Source: an uncultured Acidobacteriota bacterium (GTDB lineage: Bacteria > Acidobacteriota > Thermoanaerobaculia > Multivoradales > UBA5704). From it: a stretch of DNA of 64,000 nt. The notes under the pieces were generated by a model. It was not told where the DNA came from and searched no databases. It saw only the letters and a program-made list of their open reading frames with translations. A program made the translations under genes and the position numbers. Where the stretch lies: positions 1,344,001 to 1,408,000 of the forward strand of contig OY969474.1 of assembly GCA_963700145.1 (NCBI GenBank), read 5' to 3'. Of this stretch, positions 27,734-37,805 are shown in pieces (position 1 is the first letter of the stretch; each line of letters starts with the position of its first letter).

Positions 27734-28354
27734 ATGAGACGCCTCCTCGCCCTCGGCTTTCTCCTCGGCTTACTCCTCGCTTGGCCCGCCGCCGCCCAGG
27801 ACCCCTGGGGGACGCTGGAGGGAGTGCGGCGGAGCCTCGCGGCGGCCGGGCCGACAGGGGCGAACTTCGTGCAGGTCTACGTGCCGGCCGGGTTCACCTC
27901 GGGCGAGCGGGAGAGCGGGCAGCTCGCTTTCGCCCTCCCCGACTGCCTGCGCTGGGACTACCTCGACCCCTTCCCCAAGAGCTTCCTCCTCTGCGGCGGG
28001 GTGGCCCACCAGTGGAACCCCGAGGACGGCACCGGCCAGCGCTTCGAGGTGGACCGCAAGAACGAGCCGGGGCTCGATCTCCTGCTCCTTTCGGTCGCCG
28101 ACCTGCGCGGCCGCTACCGCGCCGCCAGCCGCCCGGGGGAGGGCGGCGTCGCGGTGACGCTGACGCCGATCCGCCCGCTTGAGCAGCTCGCCGAGGCGAC
28201 CTTCGTCGTCGACCCCGACAAGCAGCGGATCGTCGAGCTCTCCTACCGCGACCGGGAGGGCAACCGCACCCGCTTCGAGATCGGCGGCTACCGCACGCTG
28301 CCGCGCCGCGGGCAGTTCACGCCGCCCAAGAACGTCCGCTGGGAAGAGCCCTAG
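27734..28354 (+). CDS. LolA-like outer-membrane lipoprotein carrier
   Basis: Signal peptide; ANFVQ...ESGQL...PDCLRWDY...DREGNRTRF pattern. Confidence 0.7.
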   Translation: MRRLLALGFLLGLLLAWPAAAQDPWGTLEGVRRSLAAAGPTGANFVQVYVPAGFTSGERESGQLAFALPDCLRWDYLDPFPKSFLLCGGVAHQWNPEDGTGQRFEVDRKNEPGLDLLLLSVADLRGRYRAASRPGEGGVAVTLTPIRPLEQLAEATFVVDPDKQRIVELSYRDREGNRTRFEIGGYRTLPRRGQFTPPKNVRWEEP

Positions 28355-28368
28355 CTATAATCCCGCCC

Positions 28369-29025
28369 ATGCCGCGCCGCCCGACCGCCGCGCGCGCCCT
28401 CGGCGCGCTCCTCCTCGCCGGCCTCGCGGCCGCGGCGCCGGCCACCGCCGCCATCCCCGCCGAGAGCGGGGAGAAGGTCGAGGTCAGCGGCCTGGTCACC
28501 GGGCCGGACGGCTCCCCCATCCCCAGCCTGCGGGTGGTGCTCGAGGCCTCGCGCTCGACCTGGAGCCTGCGCCACCTGCAGCGCACCACGACCGACACCC
28601 GCCGCGTCGCCGCCACCACCGACCGTGAGGGGGCATTCGCGCTCGCCTGGCCGCGCGACCGCTACTACAACCGCTTCGAGCTGCTGGTCGGCGTACCGGT
28701 GCGCAAGCCCGGCGGCGAGCGGATCGAGGTGCTGGAGCGGGTGGACCTGACGCCGCGCTTCGCGCAGTCCGGGCCGGTCGTCGCCACCGTGGTGGTCAAG
28801 AACGCCGCCTTCGTCGCCAAGCTGCGGCAGTTCGTGGCGCAGGTGCAGAGCGAGGACGAGCAGCGCGTCTACACCGAGATGGGCAAGCCCGACGAGGTGC
28901 AGGTGGTCAACTTCCCCGACCACCGGGAGACCGCGTGGTGGTTCTTCGAGAGCGGCAAGGTCTACCGCTTCCGCGACGGCAGGCTGACGCAGGTCACCCC
29001 CTTCGAGCCGGTCCGCAAGTTCTGA
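28369..29025 (+). CDS. Secreted protein with a carboxypeptidase-regulatory-like domain
   Basis: Signal peptide, VSGLVTGPDGSPIP, TTDREGAF; C-terminal MGKPD...WWF segment. Confidence 0.65.
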   Translation: MPRRPTAARALGALLLAGLAAAAPATAAIPAESGEKVEVSGLVTGPDGSPIPSLRVVLEASRSTWSLRHLQRTTTDTRRVAATTDREGAFALAWPRDRYYNRFELLVGVPVRKPGGERIEVLERVDLTPRFAQSGPVVATVVVKNAAFVAKLRQFVAQVQSEDEQRVYTEMGKPDEVQVVNFPDHRETAWWFFESGKVYRFRDGRLTQVTPFEPVRKF

Positions 29026-29050
29026 GACCGAGACTGCGCGACCGCCGCGA

Positions 29051-30049
29051 ATGATCGACCCCGCCGAGCAGACGACCGCCCCGGCCCGCTTCCTCGACCT
29101 GGTCGCCGACAAGCTCCTCGAGACCGAAGAGGTCTTCCGCACCCACCTCGACTCGGACGTGCCGTTCATCCACCGCGCCGGCGAGTACATCGCCGCCTCG
29201 GGCGGCAAGCGCGTGCGCCCGGCGCTGCTGCTGCTCTCGGCCCGCCTCCTCGGCCACGACGGCCGCGAGGAGGTGACCTACGCCGCGGTCGTCGAGTTCA
29301 TCCACACGGCGACCTTGATCCACGACGACATCCTCGACCACGCCAGCCTGCGCCGCGGCCAGCCGACGCTCAACCACCTCTGGGGCAACAACCTGACGGT
29401 GCTCCTGGGCGACTGGATCTACACCACGGCGATGCGCATGGCGCTCTCGCACGGCCAGCTCGAGGTCGTGCAGCGACTCTGCGCCGCGACCCTCAAGATG
29501 ACGGAAGGCGAGCTCCTGGCGCTGGCGCGCCTGGGCGCGGCGGACCTCTCGGTCGAGGAGTACTTCGAGATCGTCGACCGCAAGACGGCGCACCTCTTCG
29601 CCGCCGCCTGCTCGCTGCCGAGCCTGATCCCGCCCTGCCGCCCGGAGGCCGGCCAGGTGCTCGCCCGCTACGGCCGCGCGCTCGGCACCTGCTTCCAGCT
29701 CGTCGACGACCTCCTCGACTTCACCTCCCGCGAGGAGGAGCTGGGCAAGCCCGTGCTCTCCGACCTGCGCGAGGGCAAGCTCACCCTGCCGCTCCTCCTG
29801 CTGCTGCCGCGCGTCACGCCGTCGCGGCGGCGGCTGATCGAGTGGGTGCTCGAAGACCGCAGCTTCGAGCGGGTGGGACGCGCGGAAGTGATGGAGCTGG
29901 TGAACGCCGAGGGCACGCTCGGCGAGGTGCGCGAGCTCGCCGAGAGCTACGCCGCCGAGGCCAAGCGGGAGCTAGAGTTCTTCCCGCCCGGCGACGCGCG
30001 GGACGCCCTTGAGTTCGCGCCGGACTTCGTCCTCAATCGGCGCTCGTAA
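29051..30049 (+). CDS. Polyprenyl diphosphate synthase (IspB-like)
   Basis: GGKRVRP, IHDDILD, FQLVDDLLD, DLREGKLTLP. Confidence 0.92.
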   Translation: MIDPAEQTTAPARFLDLVADKLLETEEVFRTHLDSDVPFIHRAGEYIAASGGKRVRPALLLLSARLLGHDGREEVTYAAVVEFIHTATLIHDDILDHASLRRGQPTLNHLWGNNLTVLLGDWIYTTAMRMALSHGQLEVVQRLCAATLKMTEGELLALARLGAADLSVEEYFEIVDRKTAHLFAAACSLPSLIPPCRPEAGQVLARYGRALGTCFQLVDDLLDFTSREEELGKPVLSDLREGKLTLPLLLLLPRVTPSRRRLIEWVLEDRSFERVGRAEVMELVNAEGTLGEVRELAESYAAEAKRELEFFPPGDARDALEFAPDFVLNRRS

Positions 30050-31021
30050 GGGCGGCGGCCTGAGCCCGAACGCTCCCTCCGGCGGCTCCGGCCGCGCGGC
30101 GGCCGCCGCCTCGTCGCCCGAGACCGGGAAGACCCGCGCCCCGACGACCGACGGCGCCCCCAGCAGGAGCACGTAGCGGAAGCGGCGCGGCCGGGCGTCG
30201 AGCCAGGCCCGGCCGTCCGGCATGAGCAGCACCGCGCCCTGCGCGTGGGCGCGCGGGTCGGGCGGGCGGTCGCCGGCGAAGAGGAGGGCGACCTCCACCT
30301 CCGCGACCGGGCGGTGCTCCAGGCGCAGGTAGCCGGTGACCACGCGGCCGAAGTCGTAGAGCTTGCGCACCCCGGCCGGGTCGCCGGCGACGCGGCGCGG
30401 GCGGACGGCGCGGCCGGTGCGCTCGTCGAGCGGCGGCCGGGGCGGCCCGGGGCGCGGCGTGTCCCACCGCCCCACCGGCGGCGACCCCCAGGAGAAGGCC
30501 GGCTCGCCGGCGGCCGGACCCTCCTCCAGCGGCTCCCAGCCGCGGACCAGGCCCGGGCGGTGGCGGCGGAAGACCCGCCAGGAGCGGTCGGTGACGAGAA
30601 GCGAGCGCCCCTCGCCGTCCTCCAGCCGGGCAATGAAGCCGCCGGCGCCGCGGGTGCTGCGCAGCTCGACGAGGATGCGGTTGACGCCGGGCTGCAGGAG
30701 CTCGGCGGCGGGATAGACGTCGAGCGGCCTGCCGGTGCGGTAGTGCCCCGCCCCGATCCGGCGGCCGTTGACCCAGAGCACGTGCTCCTCGTCGGCCAGC
30801 ACCATGAGACGCCCGCCCGGCGGCACCGCGTCGAGCTCGAAGTCGCGCGCCGCGTAGAAGACCGCCGGCGTCTTCGCCCCCGCCGCCCACTCCGCCCAGA
30901 TCCACTCCGCCTCGCCGGTCGGCAGGATGCGCCGCGCCGCCGCCGTCACCCCCGCCCGCTCCGCCCAGGCGAGGAGCGGGAGCGCGAGGGCGGCGGCGAG
31001 GAGCGTGCGGCGGCGCGTCAC
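29972..31021 (-). CDS. Exported sugar-binding/glycosidase N-terminal-like protein
   Basis: GTG start coupled to the upstream gene's stop; AEWIW, LWVNG, LLQPGVNRI, YDFGR motifs; 78-bp convergent overlap with the prenyl synthase gene. Confidence 0.6.
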   Translation of the reverse strand: MTRRRTLLAAALALPLLAWAERAGVTAAARRILPTGEAEWIWAEWAAGAKTPAVFYAARDFELDAVPPGGRLMVLADEEHVLWVNGRRIGAGHYRTGRPLDVYPAAELLQPGVNRILVELRSTRGAGGFIARLEDGEGRSLLVTDRSWRVFRRHRPGLVRGWEPLEEGPAAGEPAFSWGSPPVGRWDTPRPGPPRPPLDERTGRAVRPRRVAGDPAGVRKLYDFGRVVTGYLRLEHRPVAEVEVALLFAGDRPPDPRAHAQGAVLLMPDGRAWLDARPRRFRYVLLLGAPSVVGARVFPVSGDEAAAAARPEPPEGAFGLRPPPLRAPIEDEVRRELKGVPRVAGREEL

Positions 31022-33228
31022 CGCAGGTAGCCCAGGGCGCGGAGGCGCTCGCGGGTCTGGGCGTCGAGGGCGGGGTCGGGCGGGGCGGTGCCGCCTTCGG
31101 CTTCGACCCAGCCGAGGAGGCGCTGGCGGAGCCACACGGCCTCGAGGTCGAGGCCCGGGGCGCCGGCGAGGTTGACGGTCTCGCGCGGGTCGCGGGCGAG
31201 GTCGAAGACGTACTCGGCGTCGCGCGAGCGGCCGATCCCCTCCCCCACTCCCCACATCACGCCGCGGCGCGGTGCCCAGACCACCTTCCAGCGCGCCGTC
31301 TGGGCCGAGAAGATGCCGCCGGGGACGCTCGCCGCGGCGGCGAAGTGGACGGCGGGGGCGGCGGGGTCCGCGGCGGGCGCGGGCTTCTCCTCCGGTGCCG
31401 ACGCCAGCCCCGCCGCCGCGAGCAGCGCGCGGCGCAGGTCGAGCGTCGAGGTCGGCGCGAAGACCGCCTCCGGTGCCACCCGCCCCGGCCCCCAGAGCAC
31501 CGCCGGAATGCGCAGCATCTCCTCGTAGAGCGTGTAGCCGTGGAGGATGCCGCCGTGCTCGAGCAGCTCCTCGCCGTGGTCGGAGGTGACGGCGAGGAGG
31601 ATCTCCTCGGCCGGCACGCGCTTGCCGAGCGCGCGCAGGAAGGCGGCCAGCTCGGCGTCGCCGTAGGCGAGGCCGCCGGCGTAGAGGCCGCGCAGGCGGC
31701 GGACGTCGGGGGGCGCCAGCGCGCGCTCGCCGGCGCGCACCGCCAGCAGCGTCTCGGTGCTGCCGCCGATCGGCGAGCGGCCGCCGCCGGCGAAGCGGGC
31801 CCGGAAGGCGGGCGGCGGATCGTACGGGTTGTGCGGGTGGATCGCGTGCAGGTAGAGGAAGGCCGGCGCCGCCGGCGGCAGCGCGCGCAGCCAGGCGAGC
31901 GCTACCGCGTGGACGCGGGCGGCGTTGTCGTTGAAGCGGACGGCGCGGCGGCCGCCGCCCTCCACCAGCGCCTCCTCCGCCACGTGCTCGAAGCCGCGGT
32001 CCATGCCGAAGGCGCGGCTGACGAAGACGTTGCCCGAGAACAGGCCGGTGCGGTAGCCGGCGGCACGGAAGCGCTCGGCGAGGGTCGGACCGTCCTCGGC
32101 GGCGAGCGGCAGGTCGCCGCCGGCGAGCGCCGTGCGGCCGGTGAAGAGCGCCTTGGTCGAGGGCAGGGTGTTCGGCGCGACGCTGCGGTGCAGGCGGTAG
32201 CTGCGGCCGGAGAAGGCCAGCCGGTCGAGCGTCGGCGAGAGCTCGGGCGGCCCGCCCAGGTGGCCGACGCGGTCGGCGCGCAGGGCGTCGAGGACGTAGA
32301 CGACGACCAGGCGCGGCGGTGCGAGGCGGGGAGGGTCGACGGCCGCGACGGACAGACCTTCACGCCGGGGCTCGGATGGCGGCGAGGCCGCGCTCTCGAA
32401 CCGCAGGTCGCGCCAGCGGCACGAAGGGCCGCCCCCTTCGGCGCGCAGGCGCACGCGCACGAAGCCGGGCTCCGGGCCGAGCGGCAGGCGAATGGCGCGC
32501 GCGGGTCGGAAGAGATCGAGCCAGGAGGGTGTCCAGGCGAGGCGCGCGACCTCGCTCCCTTCGCGCTCCAGGATCAGCTCGAAGCGCTGACCGGAGCGCG
32601 GCGGCCAGGGCGGGCGGAAGGCGCCGGCCAGGGTCTGGCCGCCGGCGACCGGGCGGACGAGGTCGATCAGGGAGTCGCCGCGCTGCAGGAGGTCCGTGCC
32701 GTCGACGCGCATGCCGCCGGTGGCGAGCGCCGGGCGGACGGCGGCTCCGGCGACCCGCGGCGGCGCGGCGCCGTCGGGCATCTCCCAGACGAGGTCGAGC
32801 GCGACGCGTCCGAGCGGCAGGTCGGCCGGCAGCGGCACCTCGAGCGGATCGGCGAGCGGGAAGCGGCCGAGGTCGCGGGCGCCGTGGCGGAGGCGCAGGA
32901 AGCCGCCAGCCGGCGGTGTGGCGAGATCGACGGCCAGCCGCCGCGGCCGCGCCGCGAGCTGCACCAGCTCCAGCCGCGCGCCGGCGGCGGCGGGGACCAG
33001 CCGGAGCGCGCCGTCCGCGATCTCCGGCGACCAGCCGGTCAGGAAGCGGTTGCCGTGGCTGGACGGAGGACGCGCGAGGCGCCGCTCCTCCACCAGCAGG
33101 TCGGGAGCATGGGCCTCGTCGAGGAGGGGCCGCAGGACCGGCTCGGCCCCGCCGCCCCAGGCCGCCGCGAGGGCGACGAGCGCCAGAGCGGCCAGCGTGA
33201 TCGTTCGACCGGGAGCCCCACCGCGCAC
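31018..33228 (-). CDS. Sulfatase-like hydrolase/transferase
   Basis: YVLDALRAD, HPHNPY, TSDHGE, ERLRALGYL. Confidence 0.85.
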   Translation of the reverse strand: MRGGAPGRTITLAALALVALAAAWGGGAEPVLRPLLDEAHAPDLLVEERRLARPPSSHGNRFLTGWSPEIADGALRLVPAAAGARLELVQLAARPRRLAVDLATPPAGGFLRLRHGARDLGRFPLADPLEVPLPADLPLGRVALDLVWEMPDGAAPPRVAGAAVRPALATGGMRVDGTDLLQRGDSLIDLVRPVAGGQTLAGAFRPPWPPRSGQRFELILEREGSEVARLAWTPSWLDLFRPARAIRLPLGPEPGFVRVRLRAEGGGPSCRWRDLRFESAASPPSEPRREGLSVAAVDPPRLAPPRLVVVYVLDALRADRVGHLGGPPELSPTLDRLAFSGRSYRLHRSVAPNTLPSTKALFTGRTALAGGDLPLAAEDGPTLAERFRAAGYRTGLFSGNVFVSRAFGMDRGFEHVAEEALVEGGGRRAVRFNDNAARVHAVALAWLRALPPAAPAFLYLHAIHPHNPYDPPPAFRARFAGGGRSPIGGSTETLLAVRAGERALAPPDVRRLRGLYAGGLAYGDAELAAFLRALGKRVPAEEILLAVTSDHGEELLEHGGILHGYTLYEEMLRIPAVLWGPGRVAPEAVFAPTSTLDLRRALLAAAGLASAPEEKPAPAADPAAPAVHFAAAASVPGGIFSAQTARWKVVWAPRRGVMWGVGEGIGRSRDAEYVFDLARDPRETVNLAGAPGLDLEAVWLRQRLLGWVEAEGGTAPPDPALDAQTRERLRALGYLR

Positions 33229-33270
33229 GACTGCCCATGCTACGACATCGCGCCGAGGATTCCGGGGCGG

Positions 33271-36200
33271 CTACTTCCCCTTGAGGGCCTTCCCACGACC
33301 CCGAGAGCGGGCGGGCGCCTTCTCTTTGCCACGCTGCGCGGGCGCTTTGCCCTTGCGGCGCGCCGCAGGACTCTTGCCTCCCCCGCGCGGTTTGCGCTGC
33401 TTCCCCGAAGCGGCAGGCGCGCCGCCGTAGACGGTCAGCAGCGCCTCCAGCGCCTCGCGGCCTTCGGCGGTCATCGTCTCGACCAGCTGAGTGGTGCACT
33501 GCGGGCAGAAGCGGAGCGGTCCGGCGATACAGCGGGGGTCGTGCTCGCGGTTGAAGTAGAGCGGGCAGTCCTTGGGACCGCGATGGTGCGGCCCGCAGGG
33601 GGCGAGGGAGCAGACGACGAGGTTGGCGAGGGCGCGTTCGAGCGGCAGGTGCGGCGGCTGCAGCGCCTCCTCATATCCGGCGAGCGAGATGAGAAGAATC
33701 CGCCCGTTCTCGCCCTCGTTGTCCCAGCAAACCAGGTCCCGCCATTTCCTGTCGCCGAAGCGGAAGGTCGTGATGCAGAAGAGATAGTCGAGACCGAGCT
33801 GCGCCGGCCGGTCGCGCAGCCGCTCCCCCACCTGTTCGGCATAGAGGTATCCAGGTGCGTCGCTCGCGTCGGTGTCGCGGGTGAGACGCCACGTGCCCAG
33901 CGGGGCGGTCAGGTCGACGATCTCGAACTCATACTCCGGCTGGGCCTCCTCGAGGCGTTGCGCGATCGCCCGCAGCCCCGGAATCGCGTGGTTCACGTCC
34001 CAAAGGCCCGCGCGCTTGCGCCGCAAGCGCCCCCGCCGCCCGCGGCGGCCCACCACCGGCGCGGCGGTTGCGGCCACTACGGCCGCGGCGACGCTCGGCT
34101 TCTCCGCCGACGGCTTGCAGAGCCGCTCGCACGGGTTCTGCGCGAAGACGACCGGCACCGCCCAGTCGATCGCTTCGCCGCTGATCGAGTAGTTGACCGC
34201 GACGCGCGCCTCGCGCGCCGCGTCCCCGATCGTGGCGCCGCGCGCCAGCGCCCAGTAGAAGTGCTGGGCGAAGGCGGTGGCCGACGGGTCGAGCACCTTG
34301 TACTGGTTGCCGACCACGGCCGGGACGCCGCCGGCCACCAAACCGGGCGCGACGCCGCTGTTGAAGTCGTTCTGCCCGCCGGAGCCGGTCTCGCAGGCAT
34401 TGAGAAAGATCAGCCGCAGCCCGCGCCGGCAAAGGATCTGCCGCAGGTTTCCGGTGTCCACTCTCGACTTGCCGCCGCGGTCGTCCTCGAACAGCAGGAA
34501 CCCCTCGTCGTTCTCGCGGTCGTACTCGCCGTGGCCGATGAAGTGGAGGATGTCGAAGGGAACGCCCGCGAGCTGCGCGTGCAGCAGGCGCTTGTGGAGG
34601 GTCTCGGGGGTCGTCTCTCGCGCCACCTCGTAGGTGATCAGGCCGGCCTCGCTCAGCCCACGGAAGCCGCGGCCCACGAGCTCGATCTCCTCTTCCACCG
34701 ACAGCGCGCCGCTGCCGATCGGCTGCGCCGCCACCGCCAGGATGCGCAGCGGCGCCGGGCGCGGCGCGATGTAGTCCGCAGGGATTGCCGTCTGCACGTT
34801 GCGGACGAAGTTGATCTCCTCCGTCGCCAAGAACGTCTTGCGCTGCGGATCGAAGGCGAACTCCCAGGGGAGGGCCGCGATCCAGGGGATCATCGAAGTG
34901 AGGACGATGTCGAGGCGGCCCCCCTCGCGACTCGAGCGGACCTCGTCGTAGAGGCGCTGCACCTGTTCCGGGAAGAGCGTGGCGAAGAGCAACTCGCCGA
35001 CGCCGCGCAGCTCCTGGTCGCCGGGGAGCTCCGGGGCGCCGTGGACCCCGTCGACGTAAGCACGGACCCCGCGGTCGAAGTTAATGATGTCCTGGAAACG
35101 CTGTCCGGCCTCTTCGACCGCGGTGGGCACGACCTCAGCTCGGCGTCGCTTCCCTTTCCCGGTGTGGAAGGGGGCCATGACGCGGGCGTTGCGGTACGTT
35201 GCCAGGAGCTGCGCCGCCTTCACCCCGGGGTCGTCGGGGCGCGCCAGGATGAAGAGCTGAAGGGCGTCGCGGGGCCAGGCGGAGCCGTCATCGGCGGCGG
35301 CTTCGCGGCGCCGCGCTACCGGTGCCGGCGCCGCAGCCGGTGCCGGTGCCGGTGCCGGTGCCGCGGGTCGGTCCGGTGGCGGGGGCTCGGCCGCAGGAGC
35401 GAGCGCCCGCCGGAACCGGCCGCGGAACGGGAGCTCCCGCGCAGGGTCGAGCGGCGGCAGGCCCGAGGCGCGGCCTTCGAGCGCCCGAATCACGAAGTCC
35501 ACCGACGCCGGTTGCGCGAGGAGGTTGAGGTGATGGATCCGGTCGCCCGCCAAATTGCCGCCGGGTCCGTAGCAACCGATCCGCTCCCCCTGGAGCAGAT
35601 CGCCATTCCCACCGCCGACGCTCCAGCCGCCGGCGCTCGGGACGACGAGGTCGTTGGCGCCGGCGAAGAAGCCGTCGACGCCGGCGTCCAGCAGGCGGGG
35701 TCCCAGGTCGCCGGGCTCGAAGTTGGCGGCGAGCGCCGCCAGCGTTCCCGGCGGCGGTCCCGGCGGCCCTTGAATTCCTGAGATCGCGGCGCCCGCCGGG
35801 TCCATCGCGGCGAGACCCGGCAGCCCGCCCACCACCCGCTGGGCGATCCAGTTGAGCCCTTCCGCCACGAACTCCGCGCCGAGCGTGAACGGGTTGTCTG
35901 GGAAGAGGTCGATCAGGTTCGCCACCCAGCCCACCGTGTCGTCCCAGCGCTCGGCGGAGGCCAGCGGCGTCCCCTGGTTCGGCACCGCGCCCAGCACGGC
36001 GCGGCCGAGCTCGAAGCGGCGCGCCCCCAGCCCCAGCTCCCCGCGGCGCTCCAGCAGGGTGCGCAGCACGAGCCCGCCGCGCGAGTGGGTGACCACGTCG
36101 AAACGCGTCGGCCGGTCGGGAAGCCCGTCGAGGAGGAGGCGCGCGTTCTCCTCCAGATCGGCGCTCACCGTGAAGTGGTTGAAGCCGAAGATGCGGTCGC

Positions 36201-36909
36201 CGTACGTGCTCTTCGCCCAGTCGAGGAAGGTGCGGCCGTCCGCGGCGCGTGCCGCGGCCAGCTTGCCGAAGGCCCCCTCGGTGGTGGAGAAGGTGCCGTG
36301 GAGGAGCAGCAGGTTGCGCTCGCCGAAAGCCTTCCCGCCCTTGACGGGTGCGAGCTGACCGCTGCCGTCCAGCGCGGCGCGCAGGCTCTCGGCGGTGATC
36401 GCCACCCAGCCCAGGCGGCCGCGGAGCCGGCGCTCCTCCCAGCGGCGGGCGAGGCGCTGGAGCGCCCACCCCGCGACCTTCTCAAGTGCCTTGAAGACGA
36501 CGAGGCGCACCACCCGGCTCACGATCCCGCGCCGCGCGACCGGCCCGGCGCCGCGCACCGGCACGTGGAAGCGCGTCACGCCTCCGCGCGCGGCACCGCG
36601 CCGGCCGCTGACCGTCTGCGGCGGGTGGAGAGTGATCGCGCCGGAGGCGTGGCGCGCGAGGAGGACGAGCGCCTCCCCCGGCGCGGTCGGGACCTCGATG
36701 GTGACGGCGGCCTCCGCCGCCCGCCGGCCCGAGGAGGTCGCGGTCCGCTCGGCGGCGACCTCGACCTGGCCGGTCGCGACGAGCTGCGCGACGAGAGGGT
36801 CTTCGCCCGCAACGGAACCGCCCCCCGCCGCGCTCCGCCGGCGGCCCTGATCGGAGGGGGACAAGGTCCAGCCCGGATCGACTGAGCGAATGGATCGGCG
36901 TTCCGGCAT
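33271..36909 (-). CDS. Multidomain alpha/beta-hydrolase + CHAT (caspase-like) protease protein
   Basis: LLLHGTFS, VTHSRGG, NDLVVP, HH (lipase-like); LPWE, LHFIGHG, FLNACET (CHAT dyad); C-terminal Cys/His cluster. Confidence 0.88.
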   Translation of the reverse strand: MPERRSIRSVDPGWTLSPSDQGRRRSAAGGGSVAGEDPLVAQLVATGQVEVAAERTATSSGRRAAEAAVTIEVPTAPGEALVLLARHASGAITLHPPQTVSGRRGAARGGVTRFHVPVRGAGPVARRGIVSRVVRLVVFKALEKVAGWALQRLARRWEERRLRGRLGWVAITAESLRAALDGSGQLAPVKGGKAFGERNLLLLHGTFSTTEGAFGKLAAARAADGRTFLDWAKSTYGDRIFGFNHFTVSADLEENARLLLDGLPDRPTRFDVVTHSRGGLVLRTLLERRGELGLGARRFELGRAVLGAVPNQGTPLASAERWDDTVGWVANLIDLFPDNPFTLGAEFVAEGLNWIAQRVVGGLPGLAAMDPAGAAISGIQGPPGPPPGTLAALAANFEPGDLGPRLLDAGVDGFFAGANDLVVPSAGGWSVGGGNGDLLQGERIGCYGPGGNLAGDRIHHLNLLAQPASVDFVIRALEGRASGLPPLDPARELPFRGRFRRALAPAAEPPPPDRPAAPAPAPAPAAAPAPVARRREAAADDGSAWPRDALQLFILARPDDPGVKAAQLLATYRNARVMAPFHTGKGKRRRAEVVPTAVEEAGQRFQDIINFDRGVRAYVDGVHGAPELPGDQELRGVGELLFATLFPEQVQRLYDEVRSSREGGRLDIVLTSMIPWIAALPWEFAFDPQRKTFLATEEINFVRNVQTAIPADYIAPRPAPLRILAVAAQPIGSGALSVEEEIELVGRGFRGLSEAGLITYEVARETTPETLHKRLLHAQLAGVPFDILHFIGHGEYDRENDEGFLLFEDDRGGKSRVDTGNLRQILCRRGLRLIFLNACETGSGGQNDFNSGVAPGLVAGGVPAVVGNQYKVLDPSATAFAQHFYWALARGATIGDAAREARVAVNYSISGEAIDWAVPVVFAQNPCERLCKPSAEKPSVAAAVVAATAAPVVGRRGRRGRLRRKRAGLWDVNHAIPGLRAIAQRLEEAQPEYEFEIVDLTAPLGTWRLTRDTDASDAPGYLYAEQVGERLRDRPAQLGLDYLFCITTFRFGDRKWRDLVCWDNEGENGRILLISLAGYEEALQPPHLPLERALANLVVCSLAPCGPHHRGPKDCPLYFNREHDPRCIAGPLRFCPQCTTQLVETMTAEGREALEALLTVYGGAPAASGKQRKPRGGGKSPAARRKGKAPAQRGKEKAPARSRGRGKALKGK

Positions 36910-36953
36910 TTACGTGCCTCCCTGAGGATAGACGAACGCCGGCGAAGAACTCC

Positions 36954-37799
36954 TCACGCCATGACGGCGAGCAACGCGAAGAAGGGGTCGGCGAGTCGCG
37001 GATCGCCGGCGATCTCCGCCCGACCGCGCGCCTCCATTCCCGGCATCCCCTTGGTGAGGAGCAGCCAGGCCGGCTCTTCGTCGAGGGCGACGGCAGCGGC
37101 GGGCTCGGGCTCGGCGCCTTTCAGGAGCTGCCAGGCGCCGGCTTCGCGGCGCAGGGTGTAGTCGTAGGTGCGGGCGCCGTGGATCGCGACGGCGACGGCC
37201 GTGCCGTCCGGCGCGGCGACGTCGCGGTAGCGGTGCGGGAGGCCGCGGAGGAAGGTGTCGAAGATCGCCTCGGAGGTCTCCGGGTCGGCGAGCGGCGGGG
37301 CGCCGACGGCGAGGCGGATCTGCTGCTGGTGGTGCCAGCGCTCGGTCAGCTCGCGGGCGACGTCGAACCAGCTCGGCGAGCGCGTCGCGCCGGCCCAGGC
37401 GACGGGCACGCCGTCGGCCCAGGGGTCCAGGCCCGCCAGGTGCGCGGCAAGCTGCGGCTCGACCCACTCGAGGAGATCGGTGAGGAGGCGCGGGCTCAGG
37501 CGCCGCGCCGCCGCCACCCACTCGGCGTTGAGGCCGTCGAGGAGGCGCAGCAGCTCGCCGTAAACGTCGATCCGCCCGAACGGCGGGGTGTGGCCGTCGC
37601 GGCCGAGCGACAGGCGGCGGCAGGCGGTGTCGAGGAGGTGCGCCGCGACGTCGCCGACCGACCAGGCCGGGCAGACGGTGGGCCGGCGCCACGCGGCGGC
37701 GTCGAGCGAGCGCAGGAGGGTGACAAGCTCGCGGCCGAGCGGCGGGAAGAGGTGGGCGACGAGCGTCGGCGCCAGCGGCGCCGGGCGGCCGGGGGTCAT
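36954..37799 (-). CDS. Maleylpyruvate isomerase N-terminal/DinB-like metalloprotein
   Basis: PTVCPAWSVGDVAAHL, ERWHHQQQIR. Confidence 0.85.
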   Translation of the reverse strand: MTPGRPAPLAPTLVAHLFPPLGRELVTLLRSLDAAAWRRPTVCPAWSVGDVAAHLLDTACRRLSLGRDGHTPPFGRIDVYGELLRLLDGLNAEWVAAARRLSPRLLTDLLEWVEPQLAAHLAGLDPWADGVPVAWAGATRSPSWFDVARELTERWHHQQQIRLAVGAPPLADPETSEAIFDTFLRGLPHRYRDVAAPDGTAVAVAIHGARTYDYTLRREAGAWQLLKGAEPEPAAAVALDEEPAWLLLTKGMPGMEARGRAEIAGDPRLADPFFALLAVMA

Positions 37800-37805
37800 C
37801 GGTGC

